Positions 1 to 8,487 of a stretch of 64,000 nucleotides of DNA are shown here, one piece after another. A program made the position numbers and the translations under genes. The notes below the pieces were generated by a model. The model was not told the origin of the DNA and searched no databases. It worked only from the letters and a program-made list of their open reading frames with translations. Numbering within the stretch: position 1 is the first letter of the stretch; the number at the start of each line of letters is the position of its first letter. Origin of the DNA: a virus (Duplodnaviria; Caudoviricetes); the IMG/VR virus record IMGVR_UViG_2883713342_000004, positions 1,929 to 65,928 of that record; one strand, 5' to 3'.

Positions 1-1069
1 GTCCGGACGAAATCGTTTTAATCCGGTCACTGACGCTCTGGATAAGAATGGCCGCGAAATTTTTGGTGAATACCTTGGCGTAAAAGTCCTGATAGACCGA
101 ATGAACCGTTTTGCCGCTGAAATTTTCGATTTGGATGCGTGACTTCATAATTTTATAGTCTTCTTCCACCGGCCAACGCTGGTGATACAAATCACCGAAA
201 ATCTCCACCGGGTACTTTCCCCGGTCGGTTAGCGAGGTGATCAGGACTTCGCTCTCGCCTGTTGGCAGATCTACCCGCACCAGGCGAAGTTTTAGCGGTT
301 TTTTATCCAATTCGAATTCGGCGCATTTACGAGCCGAATTGGGAGTGCAGGATAATTTAACGATTCGGTCTGGCTCCCTGGATTGCAAAAACGCTTTGAC
401 AACTTTGAGTTTATTACACGATACACGGGCACAGACATTGGCGTTACTTGCCACGATAAGCTTGAACAGCCAAAAACTTTCATAGCCGCGGTCCAGCAGC
501 ATTAAGTCCTCTGGACCGAGATGAGCACAATGAGCGGCGGCCAGTTCTCGTTCGCCAATACATTTTGAGGTGATCGACGCGGCTACCGAAATATTGTTTA
601 AAACATCGTATAATTGCGAGACGCGCGCTTTCGGGCAAGGATCGCCCTGTCGCCCATGCCATTGACCGAAATGTTCGACAACCGGTTTTGCCGTGGGCAG
701 GGTGCACAGCGTACCGTCGGTAGCCAAAAGAAAGAACCCGTTCCAACGGTTTGGCGCAAAGCGCATTTGGCTCAGACGTACCAGATAATCGTTGAGTTCG
801 ATAAAGGCCATGTGGCTCAGCTTTTCTCGGGCTTTGGTCAATGCGCTTTTGGAAGCCAGGGGCTCGGCGATGTCCGACCCTTTCAGGTTCTTGTTAAGAT
901 GGTACAATTCGGTTTCATATGCCGCCGCGGGCAAATTGATCATGTAGTAAATGAGATTTTTAAAGGGCAAGGCCCGGTTGCGGGTAAAGTCTTCGGGCCG
1001 ATTTTTAAATCGATTGCAGAAATCTTCGGATTCGATCAAATTTTTTAAAGATTCGATTATATCCGGCAC
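1..1069 (-). CDS. IS4-family DDE transposase (3' end outside window)
   Basis: Hand translation from GTG at 1069 gives FTRNRALPF, LLDRGY (in frame at 493) and LYHQRWPVEEDYK (YREK-type motif); absent from the ORF track, consistent with no stop inside the window. Confidence 0.85.
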   Translation of the reverse strand, partial: MPDIIESLKNLIESEDFCNRFKNRPEDFTRNRALPFKNLIYYMINLPAAAYETELYHLNKNLKGSDIAEPLASKSALTKAREKLSHMAFIELNDYLVRLSQMRFAPNRWNGFFLLATDGTLCTLPTAKPVVEHFGQWHGRQGDPCPKARVSQLYDVLNNISVAASITSKCIGERELAAAHCAHLGPEDLMLLDRGYESFWLFKLIVASNANVCARVSCNKLKVVKAFLQSREPDRIVKLSCTPNSARKCAEFELDKKPLKLRLVRVDLPTGESEVLITSLTDRGKYPVEIFGDLYHQRWPVEEDYKIMKSRIQIENFSGKTVHSVYQDFYAKVFTKNFAAILIQSVSDRIKTISSG

Positions 1070-1229
1070 AGTTCGGGCATTTCAGTCTCCATGCCAATTT
1101 CTCTTTTTTCCGCAATCATTTTTATCTCCTTTTGGGTTTTTGGGTTGATATATTTGGCAGCTAATATATCATTAATCATTCAAAAATACAATGGGTTATG
1201 CGTGGCTGAGGCTTAATTCAACGACATTG
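1..1229 (-). mobile_element. IS4-family insertion sequence, running off the left edge of the window
   Basis: Terminal IR CAATGTCGTTGAATTAAG (minus strand, 1229-1212) of the IS4 type, followed by a transposase frame. Confidence 0.85.
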
Positions 1230-1277
1230 ACTGGTGCATTTAGAACATTGAAATTCAGCTTCACCTGACAATTCCAT
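1230..1277 (-). pseudogene. 5' fragment of a gene interrupted by the IS4 element
   Basis: GGAGGA RBS then ATG at 1277 reading MELSGEAEFQCSKCTS directly into the IS terminal IR. Confidence 0.45.
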
Positions 1278-1350
1278 TATTTGTCCTCCATAGAACAAGT
1301 AGACGTATGCTCCTTGCGCTCCACTGTAGGAAAAGCTTTGGCAATATGTT

Positions 1351-2052
1351 TTATTTCTCGTTACTACATAATCGATCAATTTCATTCAGCAACGCTATTA
1401 CATCAGATCGCGCATGGGCAAAAAAATCAGCATTGGCTTCAGAATTATCATGAATTTTAGGGACCAACGCGAGAGCATGATCGTTATAGCCCGAATGCGT
1501 GGGTCCACCGATAGCAATTGCTTCAAATGGAACATCTATTTCACCAAAATAGCTTCCGCCAATATCCCCAACTCGTACTGGGCCAAAGGCAGAAAAGGTG
1601 CTATAACAACCAGAACTTCTTCCTTCTGTCGAACGCAAAACTCTTTCTCTAATTGCCTCGACATTGATATTTTGTTGTTGATTGTTTGAATAGCCTTGCT
1701 CAACTAAATGTTTCGCTTCACTCGGCCTAGTGGATAAGGATGATACTTGAAAGCGAATTCCGCCTTCTATTTCCGCTATTCCACCTAAAATGTGCAACAG
1801 AATATCAAGCATCTGCTCACGGGGTAGCGCGAACCACTCACCCTGCATTCTTTGTGCTTGTTTTTCTAACAGTTTATGAAACTCTCGTTCGAAATCTTCA
1901 GGATACTGACAGGTAAAAGCTGATAGCAAATCCAGTTTTGAGCCATTTCCAGTCTGCAGTTGACGTAAACGATCATGGGGGTTGGTGGTGGTATAACCCA
2001 CCTTAAATAGATGTTGCCCCATTTCCTCAATAATATAGATCCAACCACCCAT
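1351..2052 (-). CDS. GIY-YIG/T5orf172-family nuclease domain protein with an Ead/Ea22-like C-terminal motif
   Basis: WIYII...FKVGYT...RLRQLQTGN...GEWF; C-terminus ANADFFAHARSDVIALLNEIDRL; AAGGAG RBS. Confidence 0.75.
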   Translation of the reverse strand: MGGWIYIIEEMGQHLFKVGYTTTNPHDRLRQLQTGNGSKLDLLSAFTCQYPEDFEREFHKLLEKQAQRMQGEWFALPREQMLDILLHILGGIAEIEGGIRFQVSSLSTRPSEAKHLVEQGYSNNQQQNINVEAIRERVLRSTEGRSSGCYSTFSAFGPVRVGDIGGSYFGEIDVPFEAIAIGGPTHSGYNDHALALVPKIHDNSEANADFFAHARSDVIALLNEIDRLCSNEK

Positions 2053-2079
2053 GTTATAACTCCTTCATTGCAATTAGAA

Positions 2080-2142
2080 CCGAATGCCAGTGTCACGGGC
2101 GGCATGGTTCTCGCCGTCCTGTGAACACAGTTGTTACGTTTC
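2080..2142 (-). other. attC-like integron recombination site (R' degenerate)
   Basis: Minus strand ACGTAAC overlapping the stop codon, then GTGTTCAC...GGACGGC-loop-GCCGCC...GTGACAC with extrahelical bases; the expected GTT reads ATT. Confidence 0.6.
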
Positions 2143-2856
2143 CGACAGCTCAGAAACCACTCCTTGATCAGAAACGATTAAAATTCTTTGAAAATCATGC
2201 TTTTCTTGTATGTTCTTTATAGCCATAGAATAGGTTCCGCTATCCGCAAGCCAGTAATCATTATACAGCGCTAACCATTTTGGCCCCGAATGTGGAATGT
2301 TTTTGCATTTTAAAACTTTATCATGAATTCGATCTGCTAAGATTGCGACTGCGTTGCTGAGAATGTGGGCTTGAGAATTGTCATTTACGATCGCGCCAAC
2401 AATCTTTTTATTTGAATGGCGCCTTTTTGGAATAAAGATAATCTTAATTTTATGACCCAATACACTTGTAGTTTGACTGCTACCTTCTTTTATTGGTTTT
2501 GCGAGTACTGATTCAACTAGTTTGAAGAGTTCTTTTTTGTATTTTCGAGCATTATTGACAGGTAAATGCAAAACCAGGAGTATATCAATATCCTGGGGCA
2601 CTTTATTTTTAAGCTTTGAATCAAGTTCATTGCATAAGTTCACTCCGAATGTATCCTGAGTATTCCTGTTTTGCATTTCACCGTCCTCACCAAACACTAC
2701 AGGTGACAACCTTGTGATTTCTACAGCAACTTTTTCACCGTTTATTGTCAAATAGATATCTGGTGGGTCTTCACCTTCCTGATATGTAACACCTTCTTTG
2801 CCAAGAAATTTTACCAACGATTCACTAACGAATATTTCATCTGGTTTAAGCGCCAT
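2134..2856 (-). CDS. Hypothetical PD-(D/E)xK nuclease-like protein in a gene cassette
   Basis: 240 aa AT-rich ORF with EDPPDIYL...VAVEITRL; flanked by the perfect inverted pair GTTACGTTTC (2133-2142) / GAAACGTAAC (2874-2883). Confidence 0.65.
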   Translation of the reverse strand: MALKPDEIFVSESLVKFLGKEGVTYQEGEDPPDIYLTINGEKVAVEITRLSPVVFGEDGEMQNRNTQDTFGVNLCNELDSKLKNKVPQDIDILLVLHLPVNNARKYKKELFKLVESVLAKPIKEGSSQTTSVLGHKIKIIFIPKRRHSNKKIVGAIVNDNSQAHILSNAVAILADRIHDKVLKCKNIPHSGPKWLALYNDYWLADSGTYSMAIKNIQEKHDFQRILIVSDQGVVSELSET

Positions 2857-3125
2857 TTAGCTCGATTCTTTGTGAAACGTAACGATTAAGAGTTGTTGCG
2901 GCGCACAGCCGGCGCAAAATGTTTAGTTGAAACTTAAAAATTATACTGAATTCTGCTTTTTGTTACCAAAGCACCAAAAATTACAAATTTGAAAATCTTG
3001 CCTATGAATGGAGCACTTCGAAAAGGCTAAAGCCATCCTACTATAACCTACTGTGTTGTCAACATTTTCAATTAAATTTGGTTCTGGATCGCCTTTTGCT
3101 GAAAATATTGCCAAGCTGTATAACA

Positions 3126-3177
3126 TGTCTATCGCGGCACTTATATTGAATTCAATATAATAATTCGCGGTACTTAT
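3126..3177. repeat. Candidate right end of prophage 1
   Basis: TG at 3126, direct repeats TCGCGG(C/T)ACTTAT at 3132 and 3165, perfect 20-bp palindrome TTATATTGAATTCAATATAA at 3141-3160. Confidence 0.5.
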
Positions 3178-3228
3178 TTTGACGCTTTTTGAGCGTTTTG
3201 AACGGATGTATCATTGACTGTTTCAGAA

Positions 3229-3987
3229 TCAAAAATTAGAAACTAACAGTTCCCTGCCATTGGTTTGCTTTCCCTTAGAAACCGTATATTTCAAATCAAC
3301 CGACCTAATTCCAAACCCGCTGAACACGTCCCGAATTTCCGGATGATCATTGATGCTCAAGATGAACTGGCTCTTAATCCCGGCCAGAACGTCCGCCATC
3401 TGCTGATAGTCGGACAACTCAAGATTGTGCTCGTAAAACGGCGCCTTGTAGTAAGGCGGATCGCAATAAAACAGCGTCCCCGGCTTGTCGTACCGCCGGA
3501 TAAAATCCTCCCAGGGCAGATGCTCTATCGTTACTCCTACCAGCCGTAAATGGACCGCAGATAGCTCCTCCTCCATGCGCAAAAGGTTGATGCGCGGTGC
3601 ATGCATGGGAGCCGTGCCATAGACCCGGCCTTTGACCCTCCCGCCGAAACAAAGCCGCTGCAGGTAATAATAGCGGGCCGCCCGCTGGATGTCGGTCAAA
3701 CCGCCGGCAGCCTGCTGGCGCTTCCAATCCTCGAACCATTCCCGCGACGAAAGCAACCATTTAAACTGCCTTAAAAACTCCTCCAAGTGGTTCTGCAGCA
3801 CCCGGTAAAAAGCCACCAGGTCGCTGTCCAGATCATTGATCACCTCATATTTCGATTCCGGCTTTTTAAAAAACACCCAGGCCGCGCCGGCAAATACCTC
3901 GCAGTAGGCTTTATGCTCGGGCATCATATCGATAATTGTTTTCGCCAGTTTCGATTTCCCGCCAATGTACGCTAATGGGCTGTTCAC
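3229..3987 (-). CDS. D12-class N6-adenine DNA methyltransferase (Dam-like)
   Basis: YIGGKSKLA, EVFAGA, INDLD and YCDPPY motifs; likely GTG start at 3987 behind AAGGAGG. Confidence 0.93.
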   Translation of the reverse strand: MNSPLAYIGGKSKLAKTIIDMMPEHKAYCEVFAGAAWVFFKKPESKYEVINDLDSDLVAFYRVLQNHLEEFLRQFKWLLSSREWFEDWKRQQAAGGLTDIQRAARYYYLQRLCFGGRVKGRVYGTAPMHAPRINLLRMEEELSAVHLRLVGVTIEHLPWEDFIRRYDKPGTLFYCDPPYYKAPFYEHNLELSDYQQMADVLAGIKSQFILSINDHPEIRDVFSGFGIRSVDLKYTVSKGKQTNGRELLVSNF

Positions 3988-4028
3988 GGCCGCCTCCTTG
4001 TGCATTCGAATCGACGTGTGATATTAAA

Positions 4029-4137
4029 CCCGTGCGTTTGGTCCCTCCAGCGCACCGGGCCGTCTGATTTCAGATGTCTGGTTGTCCTCGAGCAGCCATT
4101 CGCCCCGGGGATGCTCCAACATCCACCGGGGCGGCCC
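4029..4137 (+). ncRNA. Putative structured antisense RNA in the methylase leader (copy 1)
   Basis: Multi-stem structure conserved with 21738-21843; compensatory C-G/T-A change; G.U pairs work only on the plus strand. Confidence 0.55.
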
Positions 4138-4145
4138 AACCCTTC

Positions 4146-4307
4146 CTAACTCGACCTGGCGGCCTTCACCGCCGCCTTGAGCCGGCGCTTGAGATCCTTG
4201 TCGGCGTTCAGAGCCTTGTTGAAATGTTTTTCATTGTTCCGGGCGATCAAAAAGGTAACGCCCACACCGATACCGATTCCCAATAAAATCCATCCTGCTG
4301 CTGCCAT
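4146..4307 (-). CDS. Small single-pass membrane protein
   Basis: WILLGIGIGVGVTFLIA plus a basic tail; homologous to 21852-22013; GAGGAGG RBS. Confidence 0.7.
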   Translation of the reverse strand: MAAAGWILLGIGIGVGVTFLIARNNEKHFNKALNADKDLKRRLKAAVKAARSS

Positions 4308-4341
4308 TTTTCCCTCCTCTTGGTTGATGAATAAAACGCCT

Positions 4342-6228
4342 TTATTCAGGCCGTTTATAAATTTTTGCGCCCAGATTTTGCGTCCATCCAATCTCTTCGG
4401 AATACTGGGCGTACATGCTTTTGATGGCGGCCTCCAGGGCGCTCGAACGGCTCAGATTTGTCGGATTGACCCCATCCGTGCCATCGTCGAACCAATCCGC
4501 CTGGGCCATGATGTGGATCTCGTAGCTTTCCTCGTGATCGACGTCGCCCGTGTAACTTCCATCGACCCAAATATCTCCGCCGCTCGCGGACTGGGTTGCC
4601 TTTTGGATCAGGATTCCGAAAATCTGAGTGATTATTGATTCGTTGAATCGGGTCGCCTGGATGTAGGTCCCGTCAAGGACGAACGTTTGATTGACCGCAT
4701 CCCAATGGTAGTCGGTCTTTTTTTCCTGATAGCAATAGGCATCGAATTCTCCCAAATTGATCGGCTCCGTCATGCCTAACGGGGTGTGTATCCGTAACTT
4801 CGATTGGCCCGTCCGCCATCGTTCCGCGTCGCACTCGACGTCCGGTATCGAACCGGGATGAACCGTTGACGATTGTTGATAATAGACCCAATGCTCCAGC
4901 CGCATGATTCCGTAATGCTCCTGGTTGATCCGATCCCGGAGTCGCCGCGTGTAAAAGAAAAAATTGGAGTCGGAGAGCGCCGGCGCATTCGCGCCCAAAT
5001 CCACGTTAATCGAATAAAAAAGCGACCGCGTGTCGTTATAATCGGACGAGTTAAACGTCGGATTATACCAGACCCCTGACACATGGCTAGAGGCTCCCGC
5101 GCCCTCCATATATTCCGTGCAATAGGTTTCCGGCCATTCTCCGGATTGGGAAAGGGATTCATATTGCGTCATCTTGTATTCCCCGTCGTAATCGAACTCG
5201 GACGGGTATTCTCTCATCAAAAAATTAGAGTAGTTTAACAGATCGTCAGGCCAATAAACTGTCCCAGGCTGGCCGCCCCAAGAACCTGTCTGAAGCCCAT
5301 CGGTATCCACCGTCTGGTAGACCTGCTGAGAATCCGGCCAGTCCTCTTCGAACCGCTCGAAAAAAAGTTCCAGATCGTCCGAAGAGGCCGGCCATGTGAC
5401 CCCTTCCAGCGTCGCATCATGGGCATAGTCGTCGGTTCTCGGGTCCCAGACGATATAGGCCCCATCCTGGCCGTCAGCCGCGACAACGATCACAACGAAC
5501 TGATCGCCGCATGCCCTCGGCTCTTGCTTAAAACCGATAACGGTCGCCTGGGCATCGGTACGATAGGGCTCCCATTTGACGATCACCGTGTCGCCATCCT
5601 CGAAGGCCGCAGCGTTGCAGGACATGTATTCAATGGGCACGTCATCCAGGGCGTTGACCGCGTTGATGTCCAGATCCTGGATGCTGCTGAACAGCGGATC
5701 GAAAACCACCCGGCAGGTATTTTGGATCTCGTCGATATTGTGGATCGTCGCGTATCGATAGGTCGGGCGCCATTTCTGGATGGCGGGCATGATGGCAAAA
5801 TTCAGCATGGCGTCGGCCACCGGCAAGGTAAGGAAGGGAACGGCCTGCCCGTCCAGGGATTGTACCCAGACAGCGCCGTCATCGTAGCCCGGCCGGATGT
5901 TGATCCCGTTTTTCGCCTCGGCGCCGGGCTCGATGGTGCCGACCTCCCCGGTTAAGCCCTCGGTGAAATCCGCGCACCAGGCCGTGGTCCGATAGTCCAT
6001 GTCTTCGATGATCGCATCCAGTTCGGCGATCCTTTTTTGAAGGGAGGATTTTCTCAATTGAAGTGCGGCCAGAATATTCGGATCGCTTTCTTCAGCGATT
6101 CGGGCATCTACGTTGGCCAGGGCCGCTGCGAGATGGCTGTGTTTTAATGCAGCCGCTGCGGTGTCATGCTTAACCTCGATGGTGTATTGCCCATCCCCGA
6201 TCTCGTTTATGATCTCAGCTTTGCCCAT
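4342..6228 (-). CDS. Tail tip / central fibre-like protein
   Basis: Last gene of the tail module; conserved-looking N-terminal half and acidic aromatic C-terminal half; start chosen at MGKAEII abutting the upstream stop. Confidence 0.55.
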   Translation of the reverse strand: MGKAEIINEIGDGQYTIEVKHDTAAAALKHSHLAAALANVDARIAEESDPNILAALQLRKSSLQKRIAELDAIIEDMDYRTTAWCADFTEGLTGEVGTIEPGAEAKNGINIRPGYDDGAVWVQSLDGQAVPFLTLPVADAMLNFAIMPAIQKWRPTYRYATIHNIDEIQNTCRVVFDPLFSSIQDLDINAVNALDDVPIEYMSCNAAAFEDGDTVIVKWEPYRTDAQATVIGFKQEPRACGDQFVVIVVAADGQDGAYIVWDPRTDDYAHDATLEGVTWPASSDDLELFFERFEEDWPDSQQVYQTVDTDGLQTGSWGGQPGTVYWPDDLLNYSNFLMREYPSEFDYDGEYKMTQYESLSQSGEWPETYCTEYMEGAGASSHVSGVWYNPTFNSSDYNDTRSLFYSINVDLGANAPALSDSNFFFYTRRLRDRINQEHYGIMRLEHWVYYQQSSTVHPGSIPDVECDAERWRTGQSKLRIHTPLGMTEPINLGEFDAYCYQEKKTDYHWDAVNQTFVLDGTYIQATRFNESIITQIFGILIQKATQSASGGDIWVDGSYTGDVDHEESYEIHIMAQADWFDDGTDGVNPTNLSRSSALEAAIKSMYAQYSEEIGWTQNLGAKIYKRPE

Positions 6229-7619
6229 CACCCGGCCTCGACCACATCGACGTATTGCCGCGTCGGTGACAGCAGGCAAACGATGCTGCCCACTGTCATC
6301 TCGTCAGACCCATAAACCGCAGTGTCTCCGGGCCGCAGATAGAAATCGGGCTTGGCGCATCGGTACTGCCGACGGCCGTCGGCCATGACGGTTTCGGTTT
6401 TGACGCCTTTCAGGGCGACTACGCTCGGTGAGAGATAGGTCCGGGTCCGGTAGCCCACCAGCGTCATGCTTTGGCTGTTCCCGCCGCGATCTGTCCGGTC
6501 GCTGTAATAATCGACCCGGATCAGCTCTTCCCGCAAAACCTCTTCGCCCTCGTCGACGGCCGCCATGTCGACCACGATCTCACCGTTCGGCCTGGCCGCG
6601 ATTGCCGCAGCCGCCGCAGCCGTGTACACGATGGACAATGCAAGATAGGATGGCTCTCCCGTTCGCATCCGCAGCTGGAGCGATTTCAAACCAGATAAAT
6701 CGTAGTCCTCCAGCCCGTCCGCCGCTCCGGTCATGCGCGCATGATATCGGTAGATCAGCAGCAGGTCGCCGTATTGGGCCATCCATTTCGTCAAATTCAG
6801 CGCCCCGGCGGTCGCTCCGAACAAAATTCCTGCCTGGCCGTTGGCGTTGCGAACCAGACCGCCGCCGGCAACGGCGGAAAGAACGAAGCCGGCACTTCCA
6901 CCGACCTGCTTTTCGAAATTAACGCCGGCAGTCGCCCCGAAAACCATCCCGGATGGGGCACTCTGGAAAGACGAAACTGTTTCGACTCCGGGCGCGTCGT
7001 TCAATGTGAACCCGGCCGTTCCCCCGACGCCATCAAAACCGTCGGCGTAGACCACCGTGAAATTATCCCAGAGGCAATAGGTGTCAGTATAAGTGATGTC
7101 GCGGAACGTGAGATAAATCCAGATGTCATCGGTCGAGACCGTGCGGGTCCACATGGTTTGCCAGAAATAGCCGTTATCGTACTTTTCCAGCTTTAAACTG
7201 CTTCCCGTCCGCGTCACACGCAGGGTTGCAACGGTATCGTTGTTTGACATGATTCCGGTAGTTCCCGGCGACCCGGAAACCCAAAAGTTGGCCGCATAAT
7301 CATCGCCATAGGCCCCGAAAAAACCATAGTTGTTCGAGTCCATATAAAGATAAATAAACGACCGCTGCGCCGTGGAAGAATGTTGGGAGAAGTCCAAATC
7401 AACGGTGAACTGGAAGTTGCCGATGAGTTTGTAGTTGGTCCGGACGTTGGCATGCCGCCCGGAGGTCGAACTGGCGAACTGCTTGAGCTGGTTGCCGGAG
7501 ATCTCGGAAACGCCGTCGGCAAGGGACAGCACGGAGAGCGCGGCATTTTCATCCCAGAACGCCGCGTTGGGGGCGTCGCCGTCCACACCGCTGAAATCAT
7601 CGTTGCCGTAAACTGCCAT
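6228..7619 (-). CDS. Tail protein (N-terminal lectin/LamG-like beta domain plus hub-like C-terminus)
   Basis: 463 aa, translationally coupled in the tail module, beta-rich N-terminal domain. Confidence 0.55.
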   Translation of the reverse strand: MAVYGNDDFSGVDGDAPNAAFWDENAALSVLSLADGVSEISGNQLKQFASSTSGRHANVRTNYKLIGNFQFTVDLDFSQHSSTAQRSFIYLYMDSNNYGFFGAYGDDYAANFWVSGSPGTTGIMSNNDTVATLRVTRTGSSLKLEKYDNGYFWQTMWTRTVSTDDIWIYLTFRDITYTDTYCLWDNFTVVYADGFDGVGGTAGFTLNDAPGVETVSSFQSAPSGMVFGATAGVNFEKQVGGSAGFVLSAVAGGGLVRNANGQAGILFGATAGALNLTKWMAQYGDLLLIYRYHARMTGAADGLEDYDLSGLKSLQLRMRTGEPSYLALSIVYTAAAAAAIAARPNGEIVVDMAAVDEGEEVLREELIRVDYYSDRTDRGGNSQSMTLVGYRTRTYLSPSVVALKGVKTETVMADGRRQYRCAKPDFYLRPGDTAVYGSDEMTVGSIVCLLSPTRQYVDVVEAG

Positions 7620-8140
7620 TATGCGTCATCAGCTCCGGTGACCGTGACAAACACCTTGATGACATCGTCATCAGAAATTCCGGTGACCGCCCCGCCGGTA
7701 AACTGCACCACCGGACCAAGGATGGCGCCGGAAGCGGCCTGATCGCCCTTGGTATCGTCGGATACCAGGGCCGCGCCGTAAATGGTCGCATCGGTGCCGT
7801 CCATCGTGAACTCGGCCTTGGAGGAAGTGTTGCTGATGGACTTGCCCGATACGCCATCCTCCGACCAGGCCGGCCGGGTGCTTTCGTCGTATCCGTCGGA
7901 CTCGGTAAATCCGGGCGATGCATAGGTATCGGTTGCCACCGGTGTGTGATCGTCAGAAAACAGGAGGACATACCAGGCGGTTATCGGGGTGCCGCCCGAC
8001 AATGACGCGTCAAGAACGTGGTTGATGAACTCGTCGGGGCAAAGGTTTTCTTCGATCCGCTCGGCCAGCATCTTGTCACCACGCCAATGCTGAACCACCC
8101 AACGGCTGCCGATGACAATTTTTTGATGAGAATTTTTCAT
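7619..8140 (-). CDS. Minor tail protein
   Basis: Start MKNSH at 8140; WYVLLF...FTESDGYDESTRPAW...TIYGAAL pattern typical of phage tail proteins. Confidence 0.6.
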   Translation of the reverse strand: MKNSHQKIVIGSRWVVQHWRGDKMLAERIEENLCPDEFINHVLDASLSGGTPITAWYVLLFSDDHTPVATDTYASPGFTESDGYDESTRPAWSEDGVSGKSISNTSSKAEFTMDGTDATIYGAALVSDDTKGDQAASGAILGPVVQFTGGAVTGISDDDVIKVFVTVTGADDA

Positions 8141-8487
8141 TGGATAAATTTCTCCGAAAAATAGATGGTGATCCTGGAAACGCCGTCGCGGGCGGCTTTC
8201 AAGCCATAGATGTAGCCGATATAAACACCGTCCCAGTAGGAGACCCGGATCTGGCTGGCGTTTTCGAACAACGACCGGATAACGGCGATATCGGTATCGG
8301 ACAGCCGGCATTCGGCAACCAGGGTGCGGTCGATCTCGCTGACGCCGTAGTGAGAAAGTACGCCGCCGCCGTCCAGGGTCTTGTCCCGGCTGATTCGGGC
8401 AGTGTTTTCATAGGTCGCGGTGAGCTGATAGTTGCGGATGCGCAGATGGCCGGCACTGTCGGCAGTGGTCTTGCTGACAAAAATCAT
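8137..8487 (-). CDS. Distal tail-like protein
   Basis: Directly after the tape measure; RISRDKTLDGG motif; ATGA overlaps. Confidence 0.55.
   Translation of the reverse strand: MIFVSKTTADSAGHLRIRNYQLTATYENTARISRDKTLDGGGVLSHYGVSEIDRTLVAECRLSDTDIAVIRSLFENASQIRVSYWDGVYIGYIYGLKAARDGVSRITIYFSEKFIQ

Noticed and set aside
2941-3126. 61 aa ORF
   Set aside because: Its ATG straddles the candidate prophage junction and its 3' part looks like attC-like non-coding sequence; probably a remnant
3215-3235. Alternative prophage 1 end TGACTGTTTCAGAATCA, resembling the 17434 end
   Set aside because: Single site, overlaps the methylase stop, no matching TSD; kept only as a weaker alternative to 3126
4057-4137. 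tRNA gene (cloverleaf-like fold)
   Set aside because: Arm lengths and loops do not fit a tRNA: no TTCRA T-loop, no D-loop GG, no 7-nt anticodon loop
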